Shown: positions 44,201 through 59,200 of the stretch, piece by piece
Layout: every line of letters begins with the position of its first letter
Numbering within the stretch: the first letter of the stretch is position 1
From: Bugula neritina
Lineage: Eukaryota > Animalia > Bryozoa
Length of the DNA stretch: 64,000 bases
Direction: 5' to 3'
Assembly (NCBI GenBank): GCA_964035545.1
Contig: OZ037767.1
Location: 13,625,801 to 13,689,800, forward strand
The notes under the pieces: model-generated
Told to the model about the DNA's origin: nothing
Database searches by the model: none
What the model saw: only the letters and a program-made list of their open reading frames with translations
Made by a program: the position numbers and the translations under genes

Positions 44201-47200
44201 TAATATTTTCAGTTGGTCAAATACAGCCAAAGTACCTTTATCTAATCTATAAAAACTTATATTGGAACAGTCAATTAAACAGTATGACAGTTATATGGGA
44301 CGCTTCTAATAACAAGTATACAACATATTCACCAACACTATGTTATTTCATATAAACTCTTCATGGCATATGCTTCCAAATACAGATATCTACCTTCACC
44401 ATAGAAGACGCGAGTAAGATATACGCAGTAGCGTGTTTGCCGAGCGACAGACTAGCGGTTAGTCTCGCATTGAATACGCAACAGCAAGTAGTGAGGGTGT
44501 ACGATCAGACAGGAGCAACAATTCTCTTAACTATTGAGGACTCCAGCTTGACCAAAGCTCAATACTTAGTAGCAAATGGTAAGTATTGGAGCAGTGAGGG
44601 AAGGCAATAGGTCAGGCCAGTACCCAGGTTGTTTCATAACATCTCATCTCATACAACAGGTATTTACCAGCACATCACATTGCATGCCATAAGGTATTCT
44701 GTGCTATTGCATGTGATAATGCACTATATTGCATGAGATTACAAAATCTATTGCATAAGATGAGGCTTCATATCATATTTGACAAGCTATTTTGTTGCAT
44801 TTGACAAGGTGCCCTAGTGCATGTGACAAGGTGTCCTATTTCATTCACTGAGTTATATACTACATGTGACACTATATTATATTGCATGTGGCGGGTGTCA
44901 TACTGCATGTGACAATACATTATATTATATTTGCCAAGGTGACAAAATAGTGGTGGGAGATATTGGCACTAAAAGCATCAAATGTCTCTCACTAGCTGCA
45001 GATCAAGAGGGAAATCGTCTGTTATGGTCATATCCTATGGACATGCCAAGGGGCGAGTGGTGATAATATGTGCATCTTCACATTGCTAGAGTCACCAGTT
45101 GATTTTAAAAGCTGACAGCAAATATTCAGCTGCAGTTGGCGAGATTGATAATTGTAGCTCATATTCTTTCTATGTAAAATTTAACTTTTTGTAATTGCAT
45201 AACTTTCTATTATGTAATGATGATTAATATATTAAAAACTAAGCATCAATTGATCTTTTAAAAGTTGTACTGAACACCTATTGCTTACAGTAAGCATGTT
45301 ATTTATAAAATGTAATTTTTAGAGCATTACATAGAGATAATTGATGTCCCTTTTATGGTAGGTATGTGTATAGATGGAGGAGGCAATATTTGTGTGTGTG
45401 ACTTTCGAAACAACAGAATAACATTGCTGAGTGCAGAAGGAAAGCTGATTGGACACTCACTAACTGGACTTAGCAAGCCACAGTATATAGCCATGAACCA
45501 TAACCGACTATTCGTTATCGATATGGGTCGGAGTACGAGTTACAGGTATATTGATTATACGATTATTAGTAATTGCGAGTTAAAATTGGTCACAAATTGT
45601 TACATGCTCTATGATTGGTTAAGACAACCACAAATAGAGCTGTCGTTACTTTTAGGTTGTCAGTGTATAATTTATTCAAGACCCCTGCAAAAAGACGTCA
45701 TGGTAAAGCCAAACCTGAGTGGCAAGATTGAATGGACAGAGAGGAAAACCTTCTGTTTGGAAGTTTTAAAAGGAAATTTTCAAATATAAAATAATTGTCA
45801 GATATTTTCAGACAACTCATCAAAATCTTAACCTAAAACTAAAAGCCCGTCGCGTTGTGCTACGAAAGAAATGCTTCTGACTTTCAAAAACACTTCTTAA
45901 AATTTTAATCAAACCGAATGTAAATATTTCTAAATTCCTATCCGTTGATTTATAATAAACCACCAAATAGGCATTTCGGAAAGAAATAACCAATATGGAT
46001 AGAAATTAATAATAATAACTATTTATTGCAGGACTCGAATTAAAACGAATATATATTTAAAACACGGCTTGTATGAAGACATACTGTAAAGTAACTATTG
46101 TCATAGGATAAAGTAAAGTAGATGTAGCTACCAACCTAGGGGTGCAAAGTTCATTAGTGTATCATCAGTGCAGCTAGACTGCACTATCAAAGAGGAGAGA
46201 GAAAGGGCCGGAGGTGGGGCCGCCCGCACACTAAAGGTTGTTGTGAGCTGCTGCAATGCTGTAGCTACCATACCACGAGTATTGTCAGGATACGCGGAGT
46301 AGCTCTCCACCAATCTTGAGGTTATACAGCTGATGCCATCTAAATTAAGAAATATCTTCAGTCAGCATGTAAGGAGCATTAAAAACAGTGCATCTTATCA
46401 AGCCGAGAAAAAGTTTGTTCAAAGAACACTTCTAATGTAAAAAATCTTAACTTGTTTCATATCTGGAATCCAACAAACAAGAGTAAACTGCAACAAAACC
46501 TAAACATGAGTTATATTTAACAAAGTTAAAAAGAGCAAATTTTTAAATTTCAAGGATCAATAGAATTTGACAATTGTGAGGAACAATGATGACAGCAATG
46601 AAGGTGCACATTGAATGATCATGGTAGAGAATCCCAGAGGAAGGTCACAATGGCAGTGAAAGAATACAATACAAGGTTATAATTCTAATAAAGAAGCGCG
46701 CATTGAAAAGTGGACACTCACTGAGTTCTATGAACCTGGCGATGGTGTGTTCACAGTTGAGAGTGAGAGTCAGGAAGAGACGCAGTGGAGCAGACAGAGT
46801 TACGAGTCTGCCAGAGGAAAGAGTCTCTTGAAGCAGCACCAACATCTGGTAGTAGTTGGTGGAGGTCCTACAAACAGGAAATGAAGTCATATTAACATGC
46901 AATGTCTCTGTGACGCTGAATTTTCTCGAAGCAGCGTTTTTTGCAGTTATTTTAAGTCCACAGCCCAAATTCCTTTGAAAGATTTAAACTCTTTCAAAGG
47001 ATATAACATATGGAAATTTTTAATTCCTGGCCTCTAAAAGGAAAAATTAAAAAGTTATATATGAGGACAATAATAAGAATAATTAATGCGGCTGTAACTA
47101 GTAAGTTATATTACAAGCTAAAGGGAATATATTCTACGTAATAATAGAAATTTATATACTCAGACTATAGCGAACACTCGGGTGAAAAATAAAAGAAAAC

Positions 47201-50200
47201 ATTCATCTATAATTTCTGTGTTTGCAGCCTCTTATCATCGTTACCAGATGGAACGGAAAATTCCAACATTCGGACATAGAGTTTTTTTAGTAATATGAAG
47301 TTTAAATGCAAATCACCAAACCCCCATATAACTAATGCAAAAATTATAAATAAAATATAAATATATAAGATAAAAAATAAATAAAAAAATTTTTTCAATG
47401 TTTATTACTTTCATTTTTTATGTTAGCATTAAATGATAATACAATGCAAAACATCATCATATCTAACATCTGGTAATAATATAATGCTATGAAAGGTAGA
47501 GACTATTTGGTATAACATAACACATTGCTAAGTGTGTTACCAACTGAGCAACTCACTGGAATAAAATGGTGAGAAGGTGGAAGAGCCCATCTCCAATAGT
47601 AACAGAATTCTGGGAAGGCATAGCCCCCGGGTGGGCCAGGTGGCACGAGGCGAGACACTGTAGGAGGGTGGATACGAGGGGTTTGTTGCTGAGCAAAGAG
47701 TCAGCGAGGGTAGGAAGGGCATCTACTTCGAGCACGTGCATACATTTGAGCCGGGGAGTGCTGCCGAAAGGCATAGCAGCCTCTCCTTCTGCTGTTCGCT
47801 TCTGTTGGCATAACATCAGGTATGGTAACAAAGAGATCATAACCGTGGCAACAGTATAGATAAGAGAATGTAACCACGGCAACAGTATAACAACAAAGAG
47901 ATCGCAATAATATACTGTGTGACTGGCAGAGAATCATAGCAAATTTATGGTAGAAGTTTTAGAACATAGTCTAGGACTTCATTCTTTCCACCAGCATTAC
48001 AAGGTTTGTAATTCATTCTTCAACATGACATATAGATCTATGGCATTTGTGGAATAGGATGAACTGCTACAATTTCTACATCAATAATGTACTAACTGAA
48101 CAATTCTGTACTCAGACTCCCTACTTGATTAGTTCTATACAACTAGTAGAATACATAAGTAGTTGATATCAAAATCTCAATTGGTAACAAGTTATTCCAA
48201 CTCAGAATGTATCTAAAACGCAGCGAAAACATACTTGCTCATCCGTCTGCGGGCCTTGAGCTCTAACTCCGTTGTCATTAGTATCCATAGACTCTGCCGT
48301 GATACCTTCACTGTTACCAGCTCTAGACAGCTTGGAACTGTCAGTTTGGGGCTGCTGACTAGCGGGTGGGGTGCTGGGTGCCCCGTTCCGCAGCAGCTTA
48401 CACAACAGCTTGAGTAAGTTGACTATTAGCTGATTGCAGGTCGGCGCAGATGGGTAGTCTGAGTCATCACCTAAATATAGAAACCATGCTGAATACCTTG
48501 TCAGTTTACTTACCTTGTCAGTCTATTTACCTGGTCAGGTTACTATTATTAATAAATAGGGACTGCAGTTCTAATTTATAGCAATTTATTCAAGCCTGTT
48601 TAGCAATAAAAAACTAAAATAAATACTTCTAATTGAAAATCTAAGAATATCAAGTAAAACACAACTCACAAGTATTTCTAAATTAATTTAAAAGTACTTG
48701 ACAGAAGTAGACAGAAGAGAACATAGAACGAGCTTTGTCTGGTCAATATGTACACTAACAAAATGCCAAACCAACCTCTACGTAATTTTCTAGAAGACTG
48801 GAAACAAGACGTGACGTCAACTTCGGATTTATCATCCCCTGTAGGGACTACACTGTCCTGACTGTCAATAACTGACTTGATCAGGTTGATGGTGTGCTCA
48901 AAGAGAGGCAGCACACCAGAGTTGGAGTGTCTGTCAACCGGCAGCGTGCCAATAAACTCTAACAGCGCATTCTGGGCATCTAAGGCACCCACCAGGGTCC
49001 TTCGGGCACAACTAGAAACACAGACAAGAAGGGACGGTAGTTTAAAGTGAGAGAGCAGGCGTGGTCTGGTGGTTAGAGTATAGGCCAGATTTAGTTTGAG
49101 TCAAGGTCATTGATGTTGTCAGGGAGAGCATCCAATCAAAGTTTTTCCTTCATCACAGTAAAAGCCCTTTTCAGAGCGAGGGCCACTGAAAGGGAGTATT
49201 CTAGTGGGGAGAGCCACATTATAAACTTTAGTTTGAGCTGGGGGCCACAGCATCAGTATTTTTCAAATTAATTTATTCTAAATTCTTATGAATCAAAATA
49301 AAGTCCCAATAGTTAATACAGGCTGCATGTTTTGTAGCATATGTACAAATAAGACATTTAAAAGGTGGTTTTTCACTTTAATTTATAGATGTGCAAAAAA
49401 ACACTTTAGCTTTATGCTTTTCGAAGGCCACATAAATGTAGACTGGGGGCCACATCCAGCCCTGGGGCCGCCACCTGTTGGACATCCCTGCTTTAAACCA
49501 TGTCAAAAGTCGCAGTATCTGCCTACTTTAAACCCCAGGAGCTCTCACGGGAATATCTAGACTTCAGGTGAGTTCTATCAGGAGATCAGGAGACCTACCT
49601 CTCGGATATGGTCCTGGTGAGAGTGTTGATGAGCATGTCAGCGAGAGAGTGGGCGCTGTCAGTGGCTGCCTGGTGCACAATCTGCATCCTGCTGAGCATA
49701 TCTTCCAGAGCTTTCACGCAGACGGGACCCACCGAGCTGTGACTACTCAGACATCTGCAACAGAAGAACAGGAAATGGGTGAATAACCAATAACAATCAG
49801 CTTCATCTTTAGCCACGCTTCATAAAAAAATTCAGTTTACCTATGAACTTTAGTTACATTTTTAGTGCAGGAATGAAATTAAAAAAAAAGTCAAGAGGAA
49901 CTAGATGAAGAGATCAATGACCGTCTCAGAAATAATGTGTAAACTCTCTTCTTGAGTCTGAAGTACATTCCCATATCACTTTCCCATACTATTAGATCAT
50001 CATTATTACCTCATATAAACTCATACTGAAAACATTATCCAGAGAACACAACCAGTTTACCAGCAAAACCGGGGCTGACCTGCAGAGCAGCTGATGAAAT
50101 GTCTCAGAGCCGCATAGCCTCAGAGCAAATGCTCTGTCATCATCATTGAGGTTGGAGTTGAGTAGAATGGTGAGCACCCTGAGTAGCTGCGTCCAGGCTC

Positions 50201-53200
50201 TGGTGGTCATGTGGGCGCAGTTCGCTAAAAATAAATTCAATTATTGACTAGGAGATAGAGAAGTGAGTGGCAATAATATCACTTGACCTTTGAATGACCT
50301 TGTCAACTAAAGAAAACCCACCAGAAACCATCTTTTGGAAAAAGCTGCAGTTTATCATTAAGTTAAAATAGTGTACAGTTCAGTTACAAGGTGAAGAGCC
50401 AAAGCCTAAAGTCGTTTTTGTAACTCAATAAAAAATATTTAGTTTTTTCTTGAGTTTCATCAGGCATGCAAGGTAGAAGTTTACTAACCTTATTTCTTAT
50501 GGTAATTCTAATACGCTTATTCTGCGAGAGTAAAGCCCACAATCAATGACCGACTGAGTGAAATAACAGGGGGGGGGGGGGGGGGTACTCACCCACGCTG
50601 TGTACAAGAGACTCAATAGCCTGAGGAGTTAGAATGATGTAAGGCCTGCTGGACGGGTCGAACCACTCCTTCATAGCATCGTCCTTGAACTCTTCGCTCA
50701 GGTTCAGATAGAGGTCAAGCAGCGACTCCAGGTCAAGGTTTTCTCCCTCCGTGCAGATCAGCTCGCTGAGCACCTCTCCGAGGAACTCTTCGGTAGTCTG
50801 CGCTACGTTTCCATTCTGTGAGCAACAGCAGCAGCAAAATGTACCAAAGCAGTATAGTATATGTGTGTATAGTACAGTGTGTAAAGTAATACACAGTTTA
50901 GTATATGTGTGTATAGTATATGTGTGTAGAGTAATACACAGTATAGTATATGTGTATATAGTACAGTGTGTAGAGTAATACACAGTATAGTATATATGTG
51001 TATAGTACAGTGTGTAGAGTAATACACAGTATAGTATATGTGTATATAGTACAGTGTGTAAAGTAATACACAGTATAGTATATGTGTGTATAGTACAGTG
51101 TGTAGAGTAATACACAGTATAGTATAGTGTATATAGTACAGTGTGTAGAGTAATACACAGTATAGTATATGTGTGTATAGTACAGTGTGTAGAGTAATAC
51201 ACAGTATAGTATATGTGTATATAGTACAGTGTGTAGAGTAATACACAGTATAGTATATATGTATATAGTACAGTGTGTAAAGTAATACACAGTATAGTAT
51301 ATGTGTATATAGTAGAGTGTGTAGAGTAATACACAGTATAGTATATGTGTATATAGTACAGTGTGTAGAGTAATACACAGTATAGTATATGTGTATATAG
51401 TACAGTGTGTAGAGTAAAGATCTAGCACTATCAGGGGCTATATGAATACGACACACCCAGAAAGAAAGACATTAGTGCTGCTCGAATTTCACCAGCGTCA
51501 ATATTAAACCAGGAATTCATTCATAATTCCTATTCGCTACACTGAGATATGCTTCTAAAAATAGTTCACTACATCGTAGATCCAATAACGGGTAAGGGAA
51601 AGAAACTTCAAAAGTAGTGTTGACCTTTTGACCTCTACAATTCACTAAAAGGTGAAGTGAGAAAGACTGCATACAGTTCATACCTGAGTGTAGAGAGAAC
51701 TATCTATAGACGTGGTTCTACTCTGTGCAGTTGGGAAGGCGGGTGCCTCTCTGGAGAACCCGTCTGAGATAACAGAACTAGTTGGTGCTGAAGCCGACTC
51801 GTACGCCAAAGCCTTCTGTCTGTTGGAGAGCTCATGGGTCAGCCATAGTTGCAGCCTATGTCAACATATATACAACCACCTGACCAGTCTAGTCAGTGTC
51901 ACATACAGCTGTGAGTCATAAGGTACTAGAAAGACTTCACTGTGCCTGTCATACAACAACCACCTGACCAGTCTAGTCAGTGTCACATACAGCTGTGAGT
52001 CATAAGGTACTAGAAAGACTTCACTGTGCCTGTCATACAACAACCACTTGACCAGTCTAGTCAGTGTCACATACAGCTGTGAGTCATAAGGTACTAGAAA
52101 GACTTTACTGTGCCTGTCATATAGCAACCACCTGACCAGTCTAGTCAGTGTCACTTTCTAGCACCATAGTGGTTACAATGGCAGTAGAATAAATAATGAG
52201 CAACAACCATTGGAGGTGATAACCTGATGGGTTTTTGTAAAAAGTACATTTTCAGAAAAACGATGGAATACAACCGAATCTCTTAAGAGTAGAACTCTTC
52301 CACAGTAAAAAAATGTTAAATAATTTAAACAAACACCAAAAGCGGATATGATGTCATACCTGAGCTCGGCTGTGCCGTCGCAGCTGTAGTTTAGTCGATT
52401 GTCTATAGCAGAGGAAGCAGGGGAGACAACTGCATTAACCATTGGTGGAGCTGAGCTACTTTTAAGAGCTGAGACTGGGGGTCTAGGACCCAGCATTTCT
52501 TTCATGAAAGACATGTTCTCCGTGCTAAAAACATTGGTAATTATTATGCACCATCAACACAAAACATCCCAAATACATTTTGTTATACTTCAGTCGTGGA
52601 CATTCTTCAACCTAAATACCTGATACAATATATGAATTACATAAATTTCATTGCATAGATTTCCACTTCTTGTCTATCAATTAAAAATCCTTTGCGTTTC
52701 ATTCGCTTAAAGATTAACAGAATGTGGTAAGAAATGCCGGTTGTAGCAAATAATAGTAGTGAAGTTATCAAAAAACAGGAAATTTTGTTGAGCCAATAAA
52801 CTCAAAGATAGAACCAATAATACACTTTATAAAAAAGTCGTCTGTAACAACATTTGCTGAATGAATTAAGTCAGAAAATTATTTCACCATAGTAATAAAG
52901 ATATGTCCGCCAAACGACCTCGGAAGTTTCCAAGATTTAAATTAACCAGAGACTATTGCAAAGATCTGTAGCAGCTAAACTTATCAGTAGTTTTAAAAAT
53001 AGTACCAATATCTGCATCCAAAGACATAAAAAATATGTAGGGTGACACAGAGAGCAGGTGACACAGAGTGCAGGTGACACAGAGAGAAGGTGACACAGAG
53101 AGAAGGTGACACAGAGTGCAGGTGACACAGAGAGAAGGTGACACAGAGAGAAGGTGACGCAGAGAGAAGGTGACACAGAGAGAAGGTGACGCAGAGAGAA

Positions 53201-56200
53201 GGTGACACAGAGCGCAGGTGACACAGAGAGAAGGTGACACAGAGAAAAGGTGACACAGAGTGCAGGTGACACAAAGAGAAGGTGACACAGAGAGAAAAGA
53301 AGATGACACAGAGCGCAGGTGACACAGAGAGAAGGCGACACAGAGAGAAGGTGACACAGAGAGGTGACACAGAGTGCAGGTGACACAGAGTGCAGGTGAC
53401 ACAGAGATAAGGTGACACAGAGTGCAGGTGACACAGAGAGAAGCTGACACAGAGAGCAGGTGACACAGAGATAAGGTGACACAGAGAGAAGCTGACACAG
53501 AGAGAGTGATACAGAGTAATGAAAGAATCACAACTGACTAGAAGAAATCTGCTTCATAGAGAAGGTCCAAGTTCATGTCTACATCCATGAGGTCTTCTGG
53601 CATCAAATCCATTCCTCTTTGTAACGCTCCTAGCAACTCCAGTGAGTGGCTTTCAGAAGATGGTTCTGCACTTCCGGAAGCACCCATGCTGGTGGATTGA
53701 GACAGACCAGATGACTGGCTCGAAGATGGGAAACTTCCAGTTTCTGAAATTTAAATCGAAATAAAATTAAAATGCAAGTGAAAGAGGGCTAAATTCCATT
53801 AGCAATAACAGAAGTATATAAATTCTTAGTCAGTATACATACTATACATACTATAGTCAGTATACATAGTATACTATGTAGCTAGCTGAGCCAAGCAGGG
53901 CACAAAGTTAGTTAATACAAGCTGGTAGTTCCACTGCTCCTTCATTTCACATTCTCTTACAGTACGACACTAAACCAATTCTAGAAATATATTATATGTT
54001 ATTCTTCAATTAGACAGCATACCTGCTCTTGAACCAGACGACTCATCCTCAGCACCACGTGATGCCGCTGCCTCCTCGTCAGCCTCTTCTTCGGGGTCAT
54101 CTTCATTGTCATAGACCTCTAGATTTGCTCTCTCACCTAGAAGCCAACATATGGAACAGGTACAAGTCTAAGTATGGCGGTATGTGTCACAGTAGCCCCT
54201 GCATGCTGTGCAGGTGTGTGACAGGCTATTTCTCAAGTGCCCGAATTTTAAAGACGAGGCACAATGATTGTAGTCACTAGACTTATGAAAATGAGTAGAA
54301 AGCAATAAAACTTGTATACTCATACATATACAAAATTTTAAGAGAGTTTTCAAACAGTATCGTGCTGAAATTTCTTGACAAACAGTTTGAAAATTATCTT
54401 TCGCTTTCGCAAAAAAGAACACATCGTGAAATCTTGTCATTTTTAAAACAAAGGTATAACTCAGAAAAAGTTAGTGAGTAAACATGAATCCATGTAAGTG
54501 GGCCACAAAGCTCCAATGGCTCGAGTGCTTCAAGTAGCAACCCTGCCATATTGGGCGACATAATTCACATAAAGAAAGTATGTGATAAAAAAGGGGTAGA
54601 AAGTGAGAGAGCGGCTGAATTCCGTTAGATAAAAAAAAGGTTGATCTATGAAAAGTACATAAAAATATTTCTAACAATTGTATCAATTCGAAACCGGTTT
54701 TAAAGTCAAACAAGATGAGTAGCACACAGAATACCTTCAATAATCTCAGCAATCAGGCAGCCAACAGCGTGCTTTCCCCACTTGCCAGCCCAGGCCTTGG
54801 AGCGCGAGTTGTATTTACCATGCGTGATGTTATATATCAACTGTCGCAGCTGATCCCGGGTGGCCACCTCACCCAGCTTTAACGTAGGCCTTGTGCATAT
54901 AGAGAGACGGGCTAACACCTGTAGACACATCACAAGCAGAGAAATGAAAACATTCTACCCACTAAAAGTGGTTACCGGGAAAAGAAAAGTCAAATAGATG
55001 AAAACTCAGCGTAGGAGTAACAACTAAGAGTTGAGCAGAAGAAGAGATCATGGAATGCTCACCTTACAAGTTAGTATGAAGACATCAGTGTGACAGGAGA
55101 GGTTAGGTTTGAGGAGGAGGGACATGAGCCCCCTGACCACTGGGAGGACCACAGTCTTGTCCAGCACTACAGACCTTTCTATGGCACCTTTATCTGTCTC
55201 CATTGAAGGCCTGCGGTGGTCTGAAACACATAGAAACATAATAATGAGCAGTGAGTAATACTATGTGAATAGTCTTCCCATACACACATTAATACAGCTG
55301 CTTACATTCTGAACTATTGACACGGCATCTATACAGCAACTCAATTAAACAGGCATTCTATTTCAAAAGGTAAACACATTTTATCTGGTACTGCATGCAG
55401 ATTTGATAACAAAGTAAATTGGGGGCAAGAAAAACGTCGTCACAGTTTTGACGGCAAACAACTCGAGATGCTCACCCATACCGTCGAGATCTCCCATTTT
55501 AATTCCCATTAGCATCCGGCTATGTCGAGCTTCGCTTAACCACGGATCTGTTGCAGCCAACCTTCCTAGTTTCAGCAATTCTTTCTTATTCTAGAAAATT
55601 CCATAGTCCTGCTATAAAACTGACTATTTTATTCTATATTCTATACTATCCCACTCTATACACTATACTATCCCACTCTATATAATATAATATCCCACTC
55701 TATATATTCTATACTATCTCACTATATACAATATACCATCTCACTTACACGTATCTGTAAATGCTTTTTTGCTTTCTTTTCTCGGCGCGACAGTTTGTCT
55801 CCGGAACCGACTCTCTTAAACTTGACCTTAGCTTCCATCTGTGCCCTCTGCTGCCTTGCCTTATATCGAGCAGAAAGACGGTGATACTCCTGCCAAAGAC
55901 AGAGAGTAAGTAAAGGAGTGAACACTTCCGTATCTCACTAAGCTGCGGGTCTCGAAACCTCAACTCGTGACATAGTAGAATACTAGATTTAACTCACAGA
56001 CCAGTTAAATCCGGCCATGTTGTCTCTATATACACATACATAGGTCACAAAAAGGGGTCCAAGCCCTTCTCCTGACCTATGAAATCCTGTGAGAAAGGGA
56101 ACCGTGAGAAAGGGATAAGTGAGATACGGCAGAAACACTGTATTAGTTCTTGGATACTGAGTGAAGAAATTGAGTAAACACAAGAACAGAAGCGATAGTT

Positions 56201-59200
56201 TTAGCCAGTTGCATACATCTTTGCTGATGATGAGTCTAAACTCTAAACCCTACGATATAAAACCAGCATTCAGAGGAGATGCACCTTTCTCTTAGAGATG
56301 GACGACTCATTGGACAGGAAGTCCCATCTGCTGGTGACCAGAGGGTCACTCACGTCAAAGTTACAGTCACTGAGTCTGGAAAGGAACAGCAGCAGCCAGT
56401 TGACTAGGGTCATGTCCACGAACCCTGCAATCACATTGTAAGTAGTGAGCAAATGAGCGTGGTTTCAGTCCACAAAGTCATTGATATGAAACATTCTAGA
56501 GTGAAAGAAACAACCCACCATTGAAACTTGCGGTGTCAGTCAATGGAGCAAGCTGATTGGCTAGCAGCTGCAAGACATTGGCGCAGACTCTGTGAGCAGC
56601 TTTATGACTAGAGGAAAGACTTCTGTGGGCCATGGAGACTAGGAGACCAAAGACTCTGTAAGATAACACATACAATGTAGCACTCTAATACAAAGAGTAT
56701 AACTAAACACTAGAATACAAAGAATATAACTAAACACTAGAATACAAAGAATATAACTAAACACTAGAATACAAAAAGTATAAAAACATAACATGTGACC
56801 AGCATGTGTGAAGGTATCTCACCTGAGTTTAGGAAACTTGTAGCAGTTTGAAGAGCTGAACATTTCCAACAAAGATCTCTCAAAGAACTCTCCATACCAT
56901 GGCTGACGACTGCACACCTGGACTAGAAGGTTTCCTGAAACCATAAGACGTTTCGCAGTTTAGATGTCATAAAATCACTATACTGTATTGCAGCAATTGG
57001 CATAGATACGTTCGATTGACTAGTCAAAACCAAGAGACCGGAAATTCTAGTATCCCAGAATACACTCAGTAAGTAGTTGAAAGTTCAAACTTGCAATTAA
57101 TATTTGAATATATTCAAGCAAATGCGTCAATGACATTGTAGTTGTGAAGAAGTTAGGAATTACTGATCATGTATTCATTCAACTTATTTATAGGTGTGTA
57201 TATGCAACAGATAATCCACGATTGTTTCATAAGAATTTTTGGATATACAACAATGTATCTGACCTAATCATAAGACTCCCTACAACCTAGTTATAACACT
57301 TTCTGTTACCTAGCTACAAAACTCCCTGTGACCCAAATACAGCACTTCCTGTGACCTAGTCACAACACCTAATGTGACCTAATTATAGCACTTTCTGTGA
57401 CCTAGCTATAACACTTCCTGTGACCTAATTAGCGTTCCTCACCAGTGAGCAGCTGAACCTTGCGAGAGCCATGAATGCAGAGATTGAAGAAGAGCTGTTT
57501 GCAGACGTCTGCTGGTATGGACTGGTAAAGCTCGGAGGGTATTGCTGAGTCTTTGTTACTCAGCAGTAGCGCCACCAGACCTTCTATTAGACATCTCAGT
57601 TTATCTCTCGATGGAACCACCGGATGTGATTGGTTGGCATCAGTTTCACAGGCAGCCGGCAGCACGCCACGTAATCTACAAGAAACCAACCGGCAGCGCT
57701 CAAATACCAACCTTTATAACTCTTCACACTTTGAAAAGTAATGCACCGAAAATGAACAACAATAAAATAAATATAAAATAACATCTTTCATTGACTTATA
57801 GCTTTGAGGCAGCATCAAAACGTGCTTCTCAATTTGCCAAAACTCCAATAAAATACTGTAGTCTATGCGTGTCTGTCAGGTGAAGATGACTCACCGCCGT
57901 ATAGCATTGGTGGCGAGGTTGAGTTGCTGCTGTAACTTGATACACTCCTGGTAAGTCTGTTGAACTCTGTCGGCCAGTTCACGATCTTCCTCCTCTGAAT
58001 CTACTCCCTGACTCTCCGCATTCTACAGTCACACACATGATAACTATTACCTGTACTCTATAAACACGGCTGGTCAATTCTATAAGCAGCAGGCAATCAT
58101 TCAATATACACCATGACCGTTATGCAACAGTAGACCAAGAGTACTGCGTTAGACTAGCCGGCTAAACTACACTACTCTGTAAGTTTGACTTACCTGCAGA
58201 AGATCTCTCAGCCTATCACAGGCCAGTTTATAGCAGCACCTGATGTCCTCCACAGCAGAGTTGTAAACACATATCTGTCTTCTTACTTCCTCTGGAGTCC
58301 TCAAGGCCACGACATGAGCCTCCGTCTCCCAAGGGAACACATACGAGTGGCCGTAGAACACGCCCAGTGGTATGCGGTAAGTTTGGCCACTCCCACTGGT
58401 GCGAGGAGCGTACGTTATCTACAAGAACATTGTGTCATCACCAGCAGTGAAAGACTCAGCGAAATCTCACCAAGTCTAGTAGTTGGAAGAATCATATAAA
58501 ATAATTCGGAGGTGATTAAACAGAGAACAGGTCGCATGTTCACAAAGTTATGAATTCATTCTGACAAGGATTATTACATAAAGCAATTGGTAAGGCTTAC
58601 CTTGAGGTACTGGCACACGCACGCAGGTTGTATGTCAGTTAGCATGAGGCACTTGGTGCTAATATCCGTGCAAACAACCAGTCTCTGCGAGTCCACTAAT
58701 TCTCTTTCTAGCCACACGTCTATCGCAAGGGAAGTGATGTCAGCACAGGCAGGAATAACCACATCCGTTAATCTAACGGGCTGGCCAAAATCCAACACAA
58801 TATACCTTCGAGCATCTGTTGAAAAGAAATAGTACTTTCTTATGTATAATGGACCAGAGTTCGTTTTAAGTAAATGCAAGGAACGTTACTTTCCAGTTTG
58901 TTGAAAAAGAACTGCTATTGGTCGTTGATAAACGAGTAAAATGTTTAGCCCAAAAACCTGTACATAACATAGTAACTGTTTTATCTCTATTTAAATATGA
59001 GCAGGGTGTGACCTATTTATTAATCTCCATCAATGTTAATGTACATATCAGTAACTAAATTTATCAAACAGAAAAATTTTTAGGACCCATAAGTTAAGAA
59101 CAATTGCCATAGATATAAATTCACCACCAACTGCTCCTCCAAAACCATATAGATGTGCAGATGTCCCAGCTTTTGATATATGCTTATAGAAGCGCATGGC

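Noticed and set aside
50803-51456. Long ORFs (176-263 aa) rich in Y/T/H/C
   Set aside because: Translations of the 44-bp minisatellite; only 50593-50817 is a real BIRC6 exon.
51861-52154. 84-bp (28-aa) in-frame repeat as a coding exon
   Set aside because: The frame ends in TGA before the real acceptor (GACATAG); using the CAG at 51880 gives RWLYIC*.
52937-53531. Three overlapping Cys/Ser/Leu-rich ORFs
   Set aside because: Stop-free 16-bp repeat; the flanking BIRC6 exons join in frame without it (FFY|TENM).
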